Source: Toensbergia leucococca (taxonomy: Eukaryota). Taken from it: a DNA stretch of 57,489 nt. The notes under the pieces are model-generated. The model made no database searches and was not told the origin of the DNA. It saw nothing but the letters and a program-made list of their open reading frames with translations. The DNA lies in the NCBI GenBank assembly GCA_022813965.1, contig JALDZS010000004.1:248001-305489 (forward strand), given 5' to 3'. Below, one piece after another: positions 38,812-51,070 of the stretch. Position 1 is the first letter of the stretch. The number at the start of each line of letters is the position of its first letter. The translations under genes and the position numbers were made by a program.

Positions 38812-40844
38812 TTAAGGCTTTCGCTCCTTGCAATACTTCTCGACCTCCTTCTCCAGACTCTTACGTTGTGAGTAGACAAGACTGACGATCTCTTCGCATC
38901 CCGGTAGATCTCCATGTAGGCTATTGACACTGGTCATTTGGTCCAAAACTGCTCTAAGCTGGTTCGGAAGCCACTTCGGATGAAGGTTAGTAAATCAACA
39001 TGTGGATTCCAATCATGAAATAAACTCACCAAGACTATAGGACTTCCCCCAGTGGCTGTAGGATGCGCTGTTTTCTTCAATATGTACTCCCTAGTGAAGC
39101 ACCAGTGGCGCCATCGGAAGTCACGAACTTGATTTAGTGCGTGGAGGTACAAAACTGCCAACGCGTTTCAGTCAGGGTTCAATGGCACATTTCCAATAGG
39201 AGGGGATAGTTTTCACCTGCTGAATCTCTAGACTGTAAAGCATACTCCTTGAGTCCTATATCTTGAGCTCTTCCTTTTACCCATTCGAGGAACTCTCGAT
39301 GATTTCCAGGGCGATAGGAACGGAAATCGGTCAGGATCTCCGTGAGAGGCGTCTCTGGCATCTGGATTTCTAGCAGGTTGTCGCAAAGTGGTATCTACCC
39401 CCAAATCAACTACCTCCACAAGAGACATCAAGATAGAAACTCACCATGCTATCATTCGCACCACTTTCACCTCTGAATGACATGGGCTCCTCGCTCACAC
39501 CTTCATACACCACCCCATTCGGAAACATGGACTGGCTCGTAATCCCGAAAATGAACGTGCGAAAGCTGTTGTAATCTCCTGGCTTACTCTTCTTCCACAT
39601 ACCTCGCGCAAAAATGTCAATTTCATCCCTCTAGAACCCCCCCCTCCCTTGATAAACACACCTACACACCCCCCCCCCTCTCACAAAAAAAACGAGCAAG
39701 GAAAAAAAAAAAAAAAAACTCACCCTCCATAACCCGATTCACCTCCCCCATAGCCCCAACTACACCCCCCAACCCCTCCTCAAACCTGCCCCGATCCCCC
39801 TCCGCGCACCCGGCCAACGCCTCCACGGCGCCCCGGACCAGCATCCCGGACCGCCGGACCATGTCGACGTGTACGAGGACGAAGCCGGCTTCGGAGCTGG
39901 CCGGGTCGAGGCCGTGCTCGAAGGCGCGGATGAGGCGCAGGTTGGGGTAGGTCATGCCGAGGTGGGGGGAGGCGAGGCGGTAGTTGTAGAGGGCGTAGGA
40001 ACCGGCGTATTCCATGAAGGGTTTGAAGCCGGAACTGGATTGTGTGGAGAGGGGGGTTTGTGTTAGGGGGGTTGTTTTTTGGCTAATTTGGAGTGTGGGG
40101 AGAGAGAGAGAGAGAGAGATGTGTTGGAGGGATATTGAAGAGGGGCTTGAGATATGCAGTTGCTGTGCCTGTCGAGCAAAAGAGAGGGGAAAAGGGGTCG
40201 GGAGGGGACACAAGCTCGAAGCAACAGCTCCGATCAACCAATCCCGAAAAGAAAGAAAAAAACCCCCCGTCTCGAATCACACTTCCAAAACCAAACCCAA
40301 GCAAACACACCTCAAAAAGAAAAACCGCACCAGAACAGAACCAACAAGCCACGGGCCAAAAAAAAAAAAAATAAAATCAAGATAAAACTCACATTTCCGC
40401 AACCCTAGCCAAGGGCATCGCCACCACAGCCGGCAACCTCTCCCTCCCCAACCCGTACCCCTCCCCCCTAACCACACGCTCATGACAAGGCTCCAACAAA
40501 TACGCGCTCGCCACAAACGAATAATCCCGATACAACGCCCCCATGACCTGCAAATCGCCCGCATATTCCTCCACTTCTGGGGTCAGATCGGGCAGGTCGC
40601 GCAGGAGGGTGGGACCGAGGGTGAAGGTTGCGAGCAGGCCGGGGGTTTTGGTGGAGGTGAGGATGGGCATGCGGGTGAGGAGGGAGGTTAGGGGGGAGAA
40701 GGGGCCGGGGAGGTGGGTGGGGGGGTGGTGGGTTGGGAGGAAGCCTCGTTGGAGGGAGACGGTGAAGGGGGGGGTTTGGGGGGAGGGGGTGGGGGGAAGG
40801 GTGTGGAGGAGGGGGAAGGTTGGGGGGGTTGGGTTGGGGGCCAT
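38812..40844 (-). CDS. Indoleamine 2,3-dioxygenase (fungal IDO-gamma/IdoC-like), multi-exon
   Basis: FTVSLQRGFLP, LYRDYSFVASAYLLEPC, PFMEYAGSYALYN, SEAGFVLVHVDM, YNSFRTFIFGI, FRGESGANDS, FRSYRPGNH, FRWRHW...EYI, ATGGSPIV|WLPNQL; ends KYCKERKP*. Subtype inferred from the GESGANDS motif. Confidence 0.92.
40100..40119. repeat. (GA)n microsatellite in the long IDO intron
   Basis: About 10 GA units within low-complexity intron sequence. Confidence 0.85.
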
Positions 40845-42251
40845 TGTGCGTGTTTTTGTGTTGTGGGGGGAGGGGAGTGGAAGGGTTGGAAGGTTGGGGT
40901 GGAGAATGGATGATGGGGGGTTTGGGAAGGGAGGGTGGATGACGGGAATCCTTTTTCTTTGTTGTGTATATAGCTTTTGTGGCCGGAAAGGATTCCGGCC
41001 TTTCCCCTCTTTTTTTTTTTGTTGGGATTTGGGTTTTGGTTCCGGCCTTGAGGCTTTGAGGGAGATAGCGGATTGTGATAAGGAAGGGAGTGTGTCTTTT
41101 TTCTTTTGTATAGTCGTTCCAATTGTGGGAGGAGGATGGCTTATCAAACTTTTTTTTTGGTGTCCCCCTTGGGTTGGGTCTCTCTTCTTCTGAGGAAATT
41201 GGTTTTGGATAAATTGAGAAAAACGGCTACCTATCAAGTGTAAGAACCCTTTTGGGAGAATTGATAGCCTTTGAGATAAGGGGTTTTGATTTTAGGTGGT
41301 AGGACACAATCTTGAATGGGAGCTGTACCAGATGCTGAGAATTGGTGTTCAGCATGAAGTTTCCTATTTTGGTGGTATATTTAGACGGTCCTAGTCCAGA
41401 GGCCGGAATGAATCCGGCCCCCCGCACATGGGAATATGAATGATGCCTGCCATTCAGGTGTCTGATCTTACAATGTACCTACGCTTCTCTGTTAGGTCAA
41501 GGTTGGGTTTCTTTCAGTGCGACGGTACTGCACAAATCTGGGAGTTTAGGGGGTTTTTGAGGGATATGATTGCTGTTTTGGGAGTCGCGTGGGTGGATAG
41601 GGCTGCGTGTAATAAAAGCTGAAATCAAGGTAAATACCGTACATTAATGAGAGGGACTTTGAAATGATGGGCAGTACTGATATTTCGTTTTCTTACTGCT
41701 GGTGAAAATGTGTTTCGTTAAAATAGTGAAGCGGATTGCTTTCTCGATTTTGTTCTTTCTTGGAAATGATGACTTTTTTTGGGCGAATAGCTGGAATGTA
41801 TTGCTATGCACTTTCAGGGAGGGAAAATGATCTAGGCTCTGTCTGAACGAAGGTATTCAAATGGAGGTGAGGTCTAGGAATCCTAAATTAGAGGGGTGGA
41901 GATGTGTGGGGTACTTCAGGACGCCGGAAACGGATAAAAGACGACGAGAGACATTGTAGAGTGTGCTTTTTTGGTAGCGGTAGATCGGGATTCATGGAGG
42001 GGAGGTGGGATGTTTTATTGGACTGCTGAGTTGCCCGCTTTTGTGGGGACTGCAATATGAAAAATATAGTGCAACGTTGGATTTCCTTTTTGCTTCTGAC
42101 ACCAGGGTATATACTGTAATCACTCGTACTACTCTAACATATATACAAAGATTCGACGTCTCTAAATCCACAATAGTCTTGATCTGTGAATGCCCGCCCA
42201 GCAAGCCATCAAAGAAAAGAAACAGCCCATCGTACAAAAGCCCTCGCCATC

Positions 42252-44082
42252 TCACCCCAGCGCCCCCTTCACTCCAGCCATATAGTTCCTCCCCCCCTCA
42301 ACATTCCCCATTCCTTCCGCCCCGTCCCATAACATCACCCCTCCAAAGTTCCCCACTCCCATGGCCTTTGCTCCTCCAATAACCCCAGCCATCGAATCCG
42401 TATCCAGATATCCCGTTCCTCCACCCGCAAATGACGGTGCCCCAATAAACAACCTCGGACCCTTCCCGTTGGCTGAGAGATCAGCGCTCCAGGCTTGGAA
42501 ACTAGCGTCGAAGCCAGCTTGACCAACGTTGCAGTCGCCGTTGTTGTAGAATTGCACCCAGACGAAATCCATGCTTTGCATCGACGAGAGGGGGATGGAG
42601 GCATCTGGGCGGGGACATTGGGGTGCGGCGGAGAGGTAGTAGGTTTTGGAGGTGTCGGTATTCATAACGGCGCGGAGCGAGGAGACGAAAGCGGTATAGT
42701 AGGCTGTGCTGTGGTCTTCGTTGTCTGATACCCGTTAGGATTATACATTCGCCTGCCTCGATTGAAGCAGCAAACTTACCAATATCGAAACCGTCAACTC
42801 TAGCTTCAGCGAATGGTCTTAGACTTGGATCTTCGCCGGATCCGGCGCCAAATAAGTTCCAAAGAGTCGTTGCTAATTGACTCGCCTGCGAGTCGCTGGA
42901 TAGACTGGTATTTGCTAATGCGCCGCCGAGACTGAGGAGGACTTTCTTTCCTAGACCTTGGCATGCCGTCATTTGCGAGGATAGCACGGGGCAGTCAAGG
43001 AGCCCTGGGGCTTTTGATGACATTTCCGAGGTAGGGCTTGAACAACCTGCACGAAAATTAATCGTCGGGTACCCATCAGCGTTGAAGAAATCGGTTAGGA
43101 AGGCCAGTATGACGATGTCGACGTTGGAGTCTTGGCAAATGGCCTCGAGACTAGTCTGACTTGTGGCATCTGATTGGCCGTAATATACTGCGACGTTATC
43201 TGATGCTTGGGCGTTGAATCGATAAGATGAAGTTGATGATTTGATTGAAGTTGCGGTATACTCGCTTGTAGAGACAGTAGATGAAGAGGATGACAGCGTA
43301 TGTGCGCTTGAAATTGAAGTCGCTGTGGTACTGATTCGAGATTCTGGCGGAGACTTATTCAAGGATTGGATAGTGGATATGCCTGCACTTGGTAGGGAAC
43401 CGGACTGTGATGGTTGATAGAATTGGCCGGCAGAAACCAATGTTGTTGTCGATGATGTGGGATAGCTACTCCGAGTTGTAGTACGTGACTCTGAAACAGA
43501 GCTCGAGTAACCCACGTTTCCTAACGTGTTTTTCGAGGATGAGAAAATCGCGGACGTAGGACTAGAAGCCTGATATGTCGAGGAGCCTTGTGAGGCTGAT
43601 AGGCTACTACTTGTAATGGAAGTACTTGCAAGACGACTAATAGCGACCGAGGTAGGCAGAGTTGGTTCTGCTGCGGTGCTGGTCGATATGGCGGCTTTAA
43701 GCCAGGCCTGCATCCATCCTTCGTAAGCTTGAATCTCATCTTGAAGAAGATCCATAGATGGCGTGGAGTCTGTGGAATTCTTCGACTCAAACCAGGCTCC
43801 CATCCATTCTTGAAATGAGTCGATCTCGACCTGGAGTAGCTGAAGTTGAGTCAGGGGGACTTCCACAGATCCTTCATCACTCGACGCGGGCGAACGCTTG
43901 TATATAGAATTTCGACTTCTGGCATTTTGGGGAGAATTGGCGGGACTGGGATTCCTCGGTTGATGTTGATGAGTTTGCAATGATTGACGGTGCACTCGTG
44001 AGCGGCTAGCAATTGAAATAGATGCATGGCTCAAGAAGGAAAGGACAGTAAAAGTGAAGAAAAAGGGAAAATATAGAAACAT
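42252..44082 (-). CDS. Secreted GH18 class III (subgroup B) chitinase with long N-terminal Ser/Thr-rich extension, 2 exons
   Basis: Signal peptide; NVAVYYGQ, KVLLSLGGA, LWNLFG, VDGFDID|NE (intact DxxDxDxE across intron 42725-42779), YYLSAAPQCP.PD, VWVQFYNN, FGGVMLWD. Confidence 0.93.
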
Positions 44083-45466
44083 GTTTTAACGTCTGTTGCG
44101 AAAACCTGCGCAATCAGTGACAGCTTGATGTACCTGTACATGGCAGATGACCGTTCATATAGAAATGCTAATTGCAAGCCCCCTCTTGTCATCCTTTAGA
44201 TTAGCTGACTCGGACCTTTCCAAAAGGGTCTTTCTCAAACGTCGTTGGTTCAGACTCCATGTTCAGGCACAATATTGACTTTTTGCGGGGGAGCCAATGG
44301 CAGAAGGAGTTGATCAGCCGCACATTCCTGGCCTTGCTCGCATAGTAGCATCATCTCCGGTCTTTCAAACAGGAATGCGACTACTGACTTGCGACACGGA
44401 CACGGAATGGAGATGCAGTACAGAGAGACGACACCGCATGAAGAACTGTACCATCGCACCATCTCGTGCAAAGGTGCTGTGTGATGAGATGATGAATCGC
44501 CTGAAATCAGGTTGACGGCTGGCTTTCCGTAAGGTAGGTAAACTTTCAAAGCACTAAGTAATCTATTCTACCGGCTATTCTAAGCGCGCTTGTTCGGCCA
44601 AGCCCGAGGCCTGCTCTAGCTGCCCACCTGCCCACCTGCCTTATCGCCACCCGCCTCCTAATCCACGACAGCTGGGACTTGGGAGTGCTCATGTGCTGTC
44701 ATTCTCCATTCTCCATTATCAATTATCAATCATTAATAATAATGGCCACTAGAAGTGATTATTCACATTACCGAGTCAGCTGATCTCAAAGCCTATGAGT
44801 GTTGCCGCTTGCCAGTAGAATTGAGCGATTCGCTTACCCTGACTGGTGATTCGCTCACCTTCACGAAGGCATGTTGCATGCCCAACAAGACACTTGAATG
44901 TCACTGTGCTCAACTTGCCAAATTGAAGCATCTCTCGAGGAGCCCAGACCATCAAGTGCAATGTCGAAGTCCTCCATCGAGTGATGAGTATGGATACATT
45001 GACTTCTTAGTGCTGTGATATTGTTGATGTAACACGCCTCCTTGCACAAGTTCGAGCTCTTCCTCAGGCATTGCAACTCAATCTGATTCTAGTTCGTTCG
45101 AAAGAGACTGTCCACTTATGGTACCCAATCAAAAGTTTGTCCTTTTGACTTCTCAACGTTGTTCCATTGGTCACTACTTTGCTGCTTCACCAAGTATTTT
45201 TTTTCCGGAAGCCTGCATGTCTCTATCATCCTGCGAGCCTCTTTTTCCGCTTGTGACTATTTTTCCTTGAATTGAACATTGGACGTGCATGTTCTTGCCG
45301 AGCAGTGGTATCTTTCGAACATAAAAGGCCGTCTCGTCCTTGCGCAGAAAATGCCCTAAGGAGTGTGATTCCATCTCCGAGGTCAAGGGAAAGATCCACC
45401 TCTATCTTTCCCCCTTTGATACTCATCTCTGAAGCCTCGGGAACGTTCTTCCTCATCCTCCTAGCA

Positions 45467-46027
45467 ATGCTCTACCATATTCTCCCATACTCTCTCCTCC
45501 TCTTCACCCTTCTCAATCCAATCATTCTCGCACGCTCAATCCCTCAACCTCAGCCTCTCAGGAAACGCGTTCCGAACTCTAGCTATGGTGTTGGAGCTTT
45601 AAACGTCTACGCTTCCGGCGCGCCCTTTCTCACTCTCGACGGCGGCGTCACCTTCGATTTCCAGTCGTCCGACTCCAACTTCGTTGCTTATCTGAACGGT
45701 GCAGCGCAATGGGCCTCCAATGTCCACAAGGGAGGGACCTGCGGCAACGGAAACGTCTGCCAGCTTGTTTTCCAGGGTGACGGTAATCTCGTGTCATACT
45801 ACAACGGCGTGGCAAGCTGGAACACGGGTACTGGAAGCAACAGAGGGTACGCCCTCGTGTTTTACGATGTAATGCCATATATAGTAATAATGAATTCCGC
45901 ACTCACTGTGATTTGGCATACGCCTTACCCTCCTGGCGGGGGAGGGGGAGAAGGTGGAGGTGGAGGTGGAGGAGGAGGCGGCGGGCTTGGGGGACTTTGC
46001 GCAATGGTTCCTTGTATTGTTGTTTAA
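45467..46027 (+). CDS. Secreted bulb-type (GNA-like) lectin-domain protein with poly-Gly linker and Cys-containing tail
   Basis: Signal peptide MLYHILPYSLLLFTLLNPIILA, Kex2-like RKR, QGDGNLVSY (exact QxDxNxVxY), second site QSSDSNFVAY, WASN/WNTGT/WHT blade ends. Confidence 0.8.
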   Translation: MLYHILPYSLLLFTLLNPIILARSIPQPQPLRKRVPNSSYGVGALNVYASGAPFLTLDGGVTFDFQSSDSNFVAYLNGAAQWASNVHKGGTCGNGNVCQLVFQGDGNLVSYYNGVASWNTGTGSNRGYALVFYDVMPYIVIMNSALTVIWHTPYPPGGGGGEGGGGGGGGGGGLGGLCAMVPCIVV

Positions 46028-49000
46028 AGCGAACCTGTTGGAACAAGATTACTTGAGTTGCACGAAGTTGGGATTTTCATCTAATGTCCGAGAAGTAGCG
46101 CAGGAGAACGCAGGCGAGGGAATATATTGAAGTCACTGTTAATGCTTTGGTGTCGGCAACTCCCACCATGGTATTCTGAGCTTTAATACACAAGTCGGCA
46201 AAAAGAGGAAACAATGGTCTTTGAAACAACACTCGTAAATAAAATCTAAAAAAGCAGTGACTAGGTATAAATGTGCAAAAGGCCAAGTGTTCCCGAACCG
46301 AAAAGACAAAGCCCTGAGCTGATCCCTTTTGACGAACACGAAAGACACGATCCATGCTAATATTGTGATGCCGACTTATTAATTTCAGCACAAGGGTCAT
46401 CCGGCAGAGGTGTGGCTGAAGGGTGGTGCGGCGGTGGTGGGTGGAAGGAGGCTGTCATTTGGGGGACGGATGATTAGGAGGAGAGTTCATTTGGGGGTGG
46501 GGGTAGTGAGGGGAAAAGGAGGAGAGGAGTTGGAAGCAGAGTTGAGGGAGTGATAAGCTGTAGACAATAGGAGGGGAACTAGTATAATAGATGGTGAAGG
46601 AAAATGATATGGTGTGGAAGACTGAGGTGTATTAGAAAAGCCCGGACAAAAAGATATCAAGGAGAGACGATGCTCACCTTGGAGAAGAACAGCAAATAAT
46701 GAATGATGATCACCACAGAATTACACAAGGATAGCCTACCTGAAGCTCAGCAGCAGTGCAGAGCAGATATTGCAGTGGCAAACATCATGTGGTACTCTTG
46801 GGATCAGACTTTGTTGTGATAGAAGCTCAAGGTAGGCGAAGAATTCCGGGAAGAAATGAGTCGGATGAAGGCCTTAGATGGCTCACTTTCATAGTAAAGT
46901 GCATCACCATTGCAATATTAAACATGAGTAAATGCTTCTCTTTGATTGGGAGTTTGGGTATCTTAATAATCCTTGTCTACGACGCCGACCACGGTGCTCC
47001 GGTGCAGCTTCCCTAACATGCACAACGCGAGTTCTGGGGCCACGAGACAATGGATGGATCGTAAATAGAGGCGCCGGGTACCTGAAGCTATGGCCCGTTT
47101 TGTTGCATATTAGAACTATAACATGCTGACGGTTATCAACACCTATTGCTCGGATTTATGCCGGGAGATTGTGATTCAACCTGCATCTGCCCGCTTCTGT
47201 CGCAAAATGGCGGAGGACGTCACAATTCAAGTAATTGGTTTTCTCAGGCCTTCCGATTGTAGATAATTTTCATGTGCGCGGGTGGGCCTATTATGAGCGA
47301 ATAGGTTTAGAGCCTCGTAGCTAGTTTTCTGGTTATATTATACTGCACTAACGAATCAGTCCATGATACCTTAGGTAGTCAGAGTCGAGAGTAGTTGAAT
47401 TTGGGGTTGAGTGGTTACCTAAGGTACCTTATGTTTGATAATATCTTCCCTACTTCTACAGCCAATAGAAAAGCGCAATGGTCAACTAACCCATGGTCTT
47501 AAATCCGCACATATTTGTATCAAGAGTCTGGATGATCTTGGAGGTTTTGAATTTGAGCTTTTGTTTTTTTGTTTTCCTCTGGGGTTCTCGAATCCGAGTA
47601 TGATGTGTTTCTTCTTATAATAGCTCCGAATGTTCCTACACCTTATCTCAGCACTCCTACACTCCCTATGATAAAATGGATTAAGCTATAATGAGGTAGA
47701 AGTGAAGATTGGCAAAGCAGCGCCGTCGCAGGACGCAATGTCACAGAGGACTTTTCACATCTAACGCGGCTTCAACCATCGCTGTTGCCCACTGACCACT
47801 CGTCACGCGTCTCGCCCCTCCGCCAGAGACAAAGCTCTACCATACCCTTGATGTTTTGAAACTTACAGTCAATAAAAATGCAGGACCGGAGGGATACGCT
47901 GTCACACAAAACGGGACCAAGGGGTCTAGCTTCACAAAGCGGATCAACAAAGTATATCTGCGCCGTAATAGAGGAGACGGAGGAGAGAGGGGTGGTGGAG
48001 CAGGAATGCAATGTTGAGGAGATCACAAAATTCTTTATTTGCAAGTGATAAAGGTGGTGGATTATGATTGAGAAACAGGTACAAATATGGTGCAGGTGCA
48101 AAAACATCGCCCTTTCTTATGTGGCGTTGCGTAGGTGTACCAGGCATCGATACTGCCTCGTTATTGCCCGATCGTTTATACCTAAAGGGAGCAGGTGTGA
48201 TATGAGCGTATCAAAATGGGTAGTGGGAATATCAGAAGCCGAGAGTCTTTCTTTTTGCATTGCTTTTGTGATAAAGGTTGGAGGATGAAGATATTCCTTG
48301 CGTGATTTGTCCTCTGCTTCCGTGCCAGCAGGATAGCGTAATCGATTATCCATGGAGGGTCAGAGGACTAGCAAATTCAACATATATGAGCGTTAAGTAG
48401 GCCTGAGCAACTCAACATGTGGAAAGAGAAGTGGAATAGGAAAGCGACACAAGATGATACAACACTCTGAAACATCTGCATTGACACGGTAATTTTCTGC
48501 TTTGGGCGTGGTGTGATCACTAGTCAGAGTATTCTATCGGGATCTTGATTTTCAGCCGTGTTGGCGCGCACGGATTCTACTCTAGATGATACGGTGTGCA
48601 GCATATCCGTACGGTAGATGCTGACCCAGCTGAGCGAGTTAGGTGTCCATGGCTTGCCGTGTCGCCGAGGGACAACAAGGCAAGAACCAACACATAGCAA
48701 TTTTCACGATCGAAACATCAATTGTTAGAATAGCCTTATGAGACCTTAAGTGTAAATGTCAATAGGAGTTTAGAATTTTAGGTGAACAATGGAAAAAGAG
48801 CGTAAGCTGCATGTGGCCAGTTTCTTAGCTTAGTCATTCAGGGGGCTAGTGTGAAAGCGGAGTTTGTAGACAACCTTAATGGATCGTAATAATATGAACG
48901 CATAACGAAAACCGCATGATACATTAATGTTAGATTATTTCCAGACCACCCAAGCCATCGACGAGACACCAAGCCCCCATAATCATGCCTTCACTCGCCC

Positions 49001-49159
49001 CCTTCCCCAACCATCTTCCACCACCACCACCAAACCTGATTTCTTCTCCACACCATCACCAGAACAAATTCCTAATCCAAATCCCCACGCGTCTAAGTCA
49101 CCAAAATCGCGAGAGACTAACATGACACCTAACATCCCACGGTCGCAATCCTGAGTACT

Positions 49160-49187
49160 ACCAAAGACCAAAGACCAAAGACCAAAG
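49160..49187. repeat. (ACCAAAG)x4 tandem repeat upstream of the Ies4 start codon
   Basis: accaaag repeated four times. Confidence 0.85.
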
Positions 49188-49229
49188 CCTCAACTCCGAC
49201 CTCAACCACATTGCTTCACATTCCTCCTC

Positions 49230-50092
49230 ATGCCTACGTCAAACGCACCGCAGCCAGGTAATGCTCGAGCTAGTAAATCTGCAAAGCAAAGCAAGATTCT
49301 TCGACTGAAGTTATCGCCCTCTCTACTCTCTTCATTTCCTCACGAAACTGTTACTCGCAAGCCTTCACAGCCAAAAACACCTTCCTCATCAACATCCACA
49401 CCAGTCCCGAAGACCGAACAAGCCTCTCCAGTCGACGTCAAGTCAGAGTCAAATACTACCCCTGCTCCTACCGGATCGAACAGTGTTCCACCACCCGTCG
49501 ATGATAGCAAGCGGAAGACTCTTCTTGCCCCAAAACCTCCTGGAAAGAGAGCATTGGGTGCAGGCGTTGAAGGACCTAAGCCTAGGGGTAAACCAGGACC
49601 AAAGAAGAAGCCGAGACTGTAAGTTTCAATAGCATGCAAGTCAGGTCATGCATGAAGACCGATACTTATCGTTATCACAGGGACAACGGCCTACACGATG
49701 GCAACGATGGTGCGAACAAGAGTACTCCGGGTACTTTAGCCCCGCCCAGCCATAAGCTTGGACCAAAGGCGAATCAAGGCGCTATCAATGCGGGACTTCG
49801 TGCACTCGATAGATCTGGTAAGGCTTGTAGGCGATGGGGGAAAAAAGAATTTCGCGTCAAGACCTTTACAGGCGTAACGTGGCAGATCCAATCCTGGCGT
49901 TCACCCCAGACAAAGATTCTCACCGACGCCGATGCCGATCAGATTAGCTTACCAACTTCGAATAGCGAGAGTAAGGCGCACAATGGTGGCAGTAGCAGCA
50001 ATATCGGCAGCGAAAGGAGCAACGCACAGGACATCGACTCTCAGAAAGCAGCTAGCTCTCCACTCATCCCAAGCGTTGCGATCCCCGCCTAG
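49230..50092 (+). CDS. IES4: INO80 complex subunit Ies4-like (DUF1711), 2 exons
   Basis: KILRLKLSP, KPRGKPGPKKKPRL, intron 49619-49680, HKLGPKANQGAINAGLRALDRSGKACRRW...KTFTGVTW...W. Confidence 0.88.
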
Positions 50093-51070
50093 ATGTCCCT
50101 ATTTCTGATAAGCCTCACAGCCCTTTTATCTTGAAGAAGATATTCCACTGTCTCCTGACTGGTTCATGGCAAATATCATCATTCTGTACCATTATCGAAT
50201 GTCTTTTTTCGGCTACATTGTAAAAGCGAGTTGCCTGGCTTCTGTGTATTGTCGATCAGTCTCTTTTCGGATGCTCAGATTTCACAAAAAGTAATCTGAG
50301 TCATCTCTAGGAGCATTGGTGGAGTTGTGGGGATTTCAGGGGTTGGTGGGTTGCGATTTGGATTGCTGGGAGTCTGGCTTTTAGGAATGTCTAATCTACT
50401 TTTCGGCGTTCTGGTTATTGAAAGAGCAGTGTAAACTATCTTTTGCTATGATTGTGGTAACTTCAAGTACTATGCCTCTTGCGATCATGTCCAAGAGTAA
50501 TGTCTTCTATTTCCACGTATTGAACGCATTACAGTCACATTTAGCAGACATTAATTGATAGCTCGTAAAGTCGAAGACCTGAAACGTCCCAGCGACACTA
50601 TGACATAGTCATGGGGCTTGATTTGCAATCGACCAAGGTCACGCATATGCAGGCAGGTTATTATGTGACCTGATACTCTCATGATGTGCCTACGCTGAAG
50701 ATGCGGGGCGGGTACCTTCAACTTCCGAGCCCCAAACAATCTACCTACTCTACTCATACTCGATTGAAGCTCCAATGACCGATATGATCAGTGTTAATCG
50801 TTTCTTTTCCACCGACCTAATGCTAGGCATCTTCAACTCTAGGACTGGCCATGTATCGATTCCATAGCGTTTCCCGGCCTACTTGACCACCACCGTTCCT
50901 TCTTGCATCATCCCAAACATTTTCTCATGTTCAATCCGCATTTGATTGCCTTTGGCAGCTAGCTGGTATTTATTGAAGAGAAAAAGCAGCAAGTAATACC
51001 TTGAAGTCTTGCCAGGGCCACCAAAAGATAGCAGACATCGACGTCAGGTGTCATTTCGATTTGGTTGGCC

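Noticed and set aside
40014..41237. Multiple ORFs on both strands around the IDO 5' end, including an upstream extension to 41237
   Set aside because: Products of low-complexity G/C runs; only the frame from ATG 40844 carries IDO motifs.
46700..46745. ATGATGA...CTGA as a C/D snoRNA
   Set aside because: Only about 40 nt between the boxes, and no rRNA complementarity recognised.
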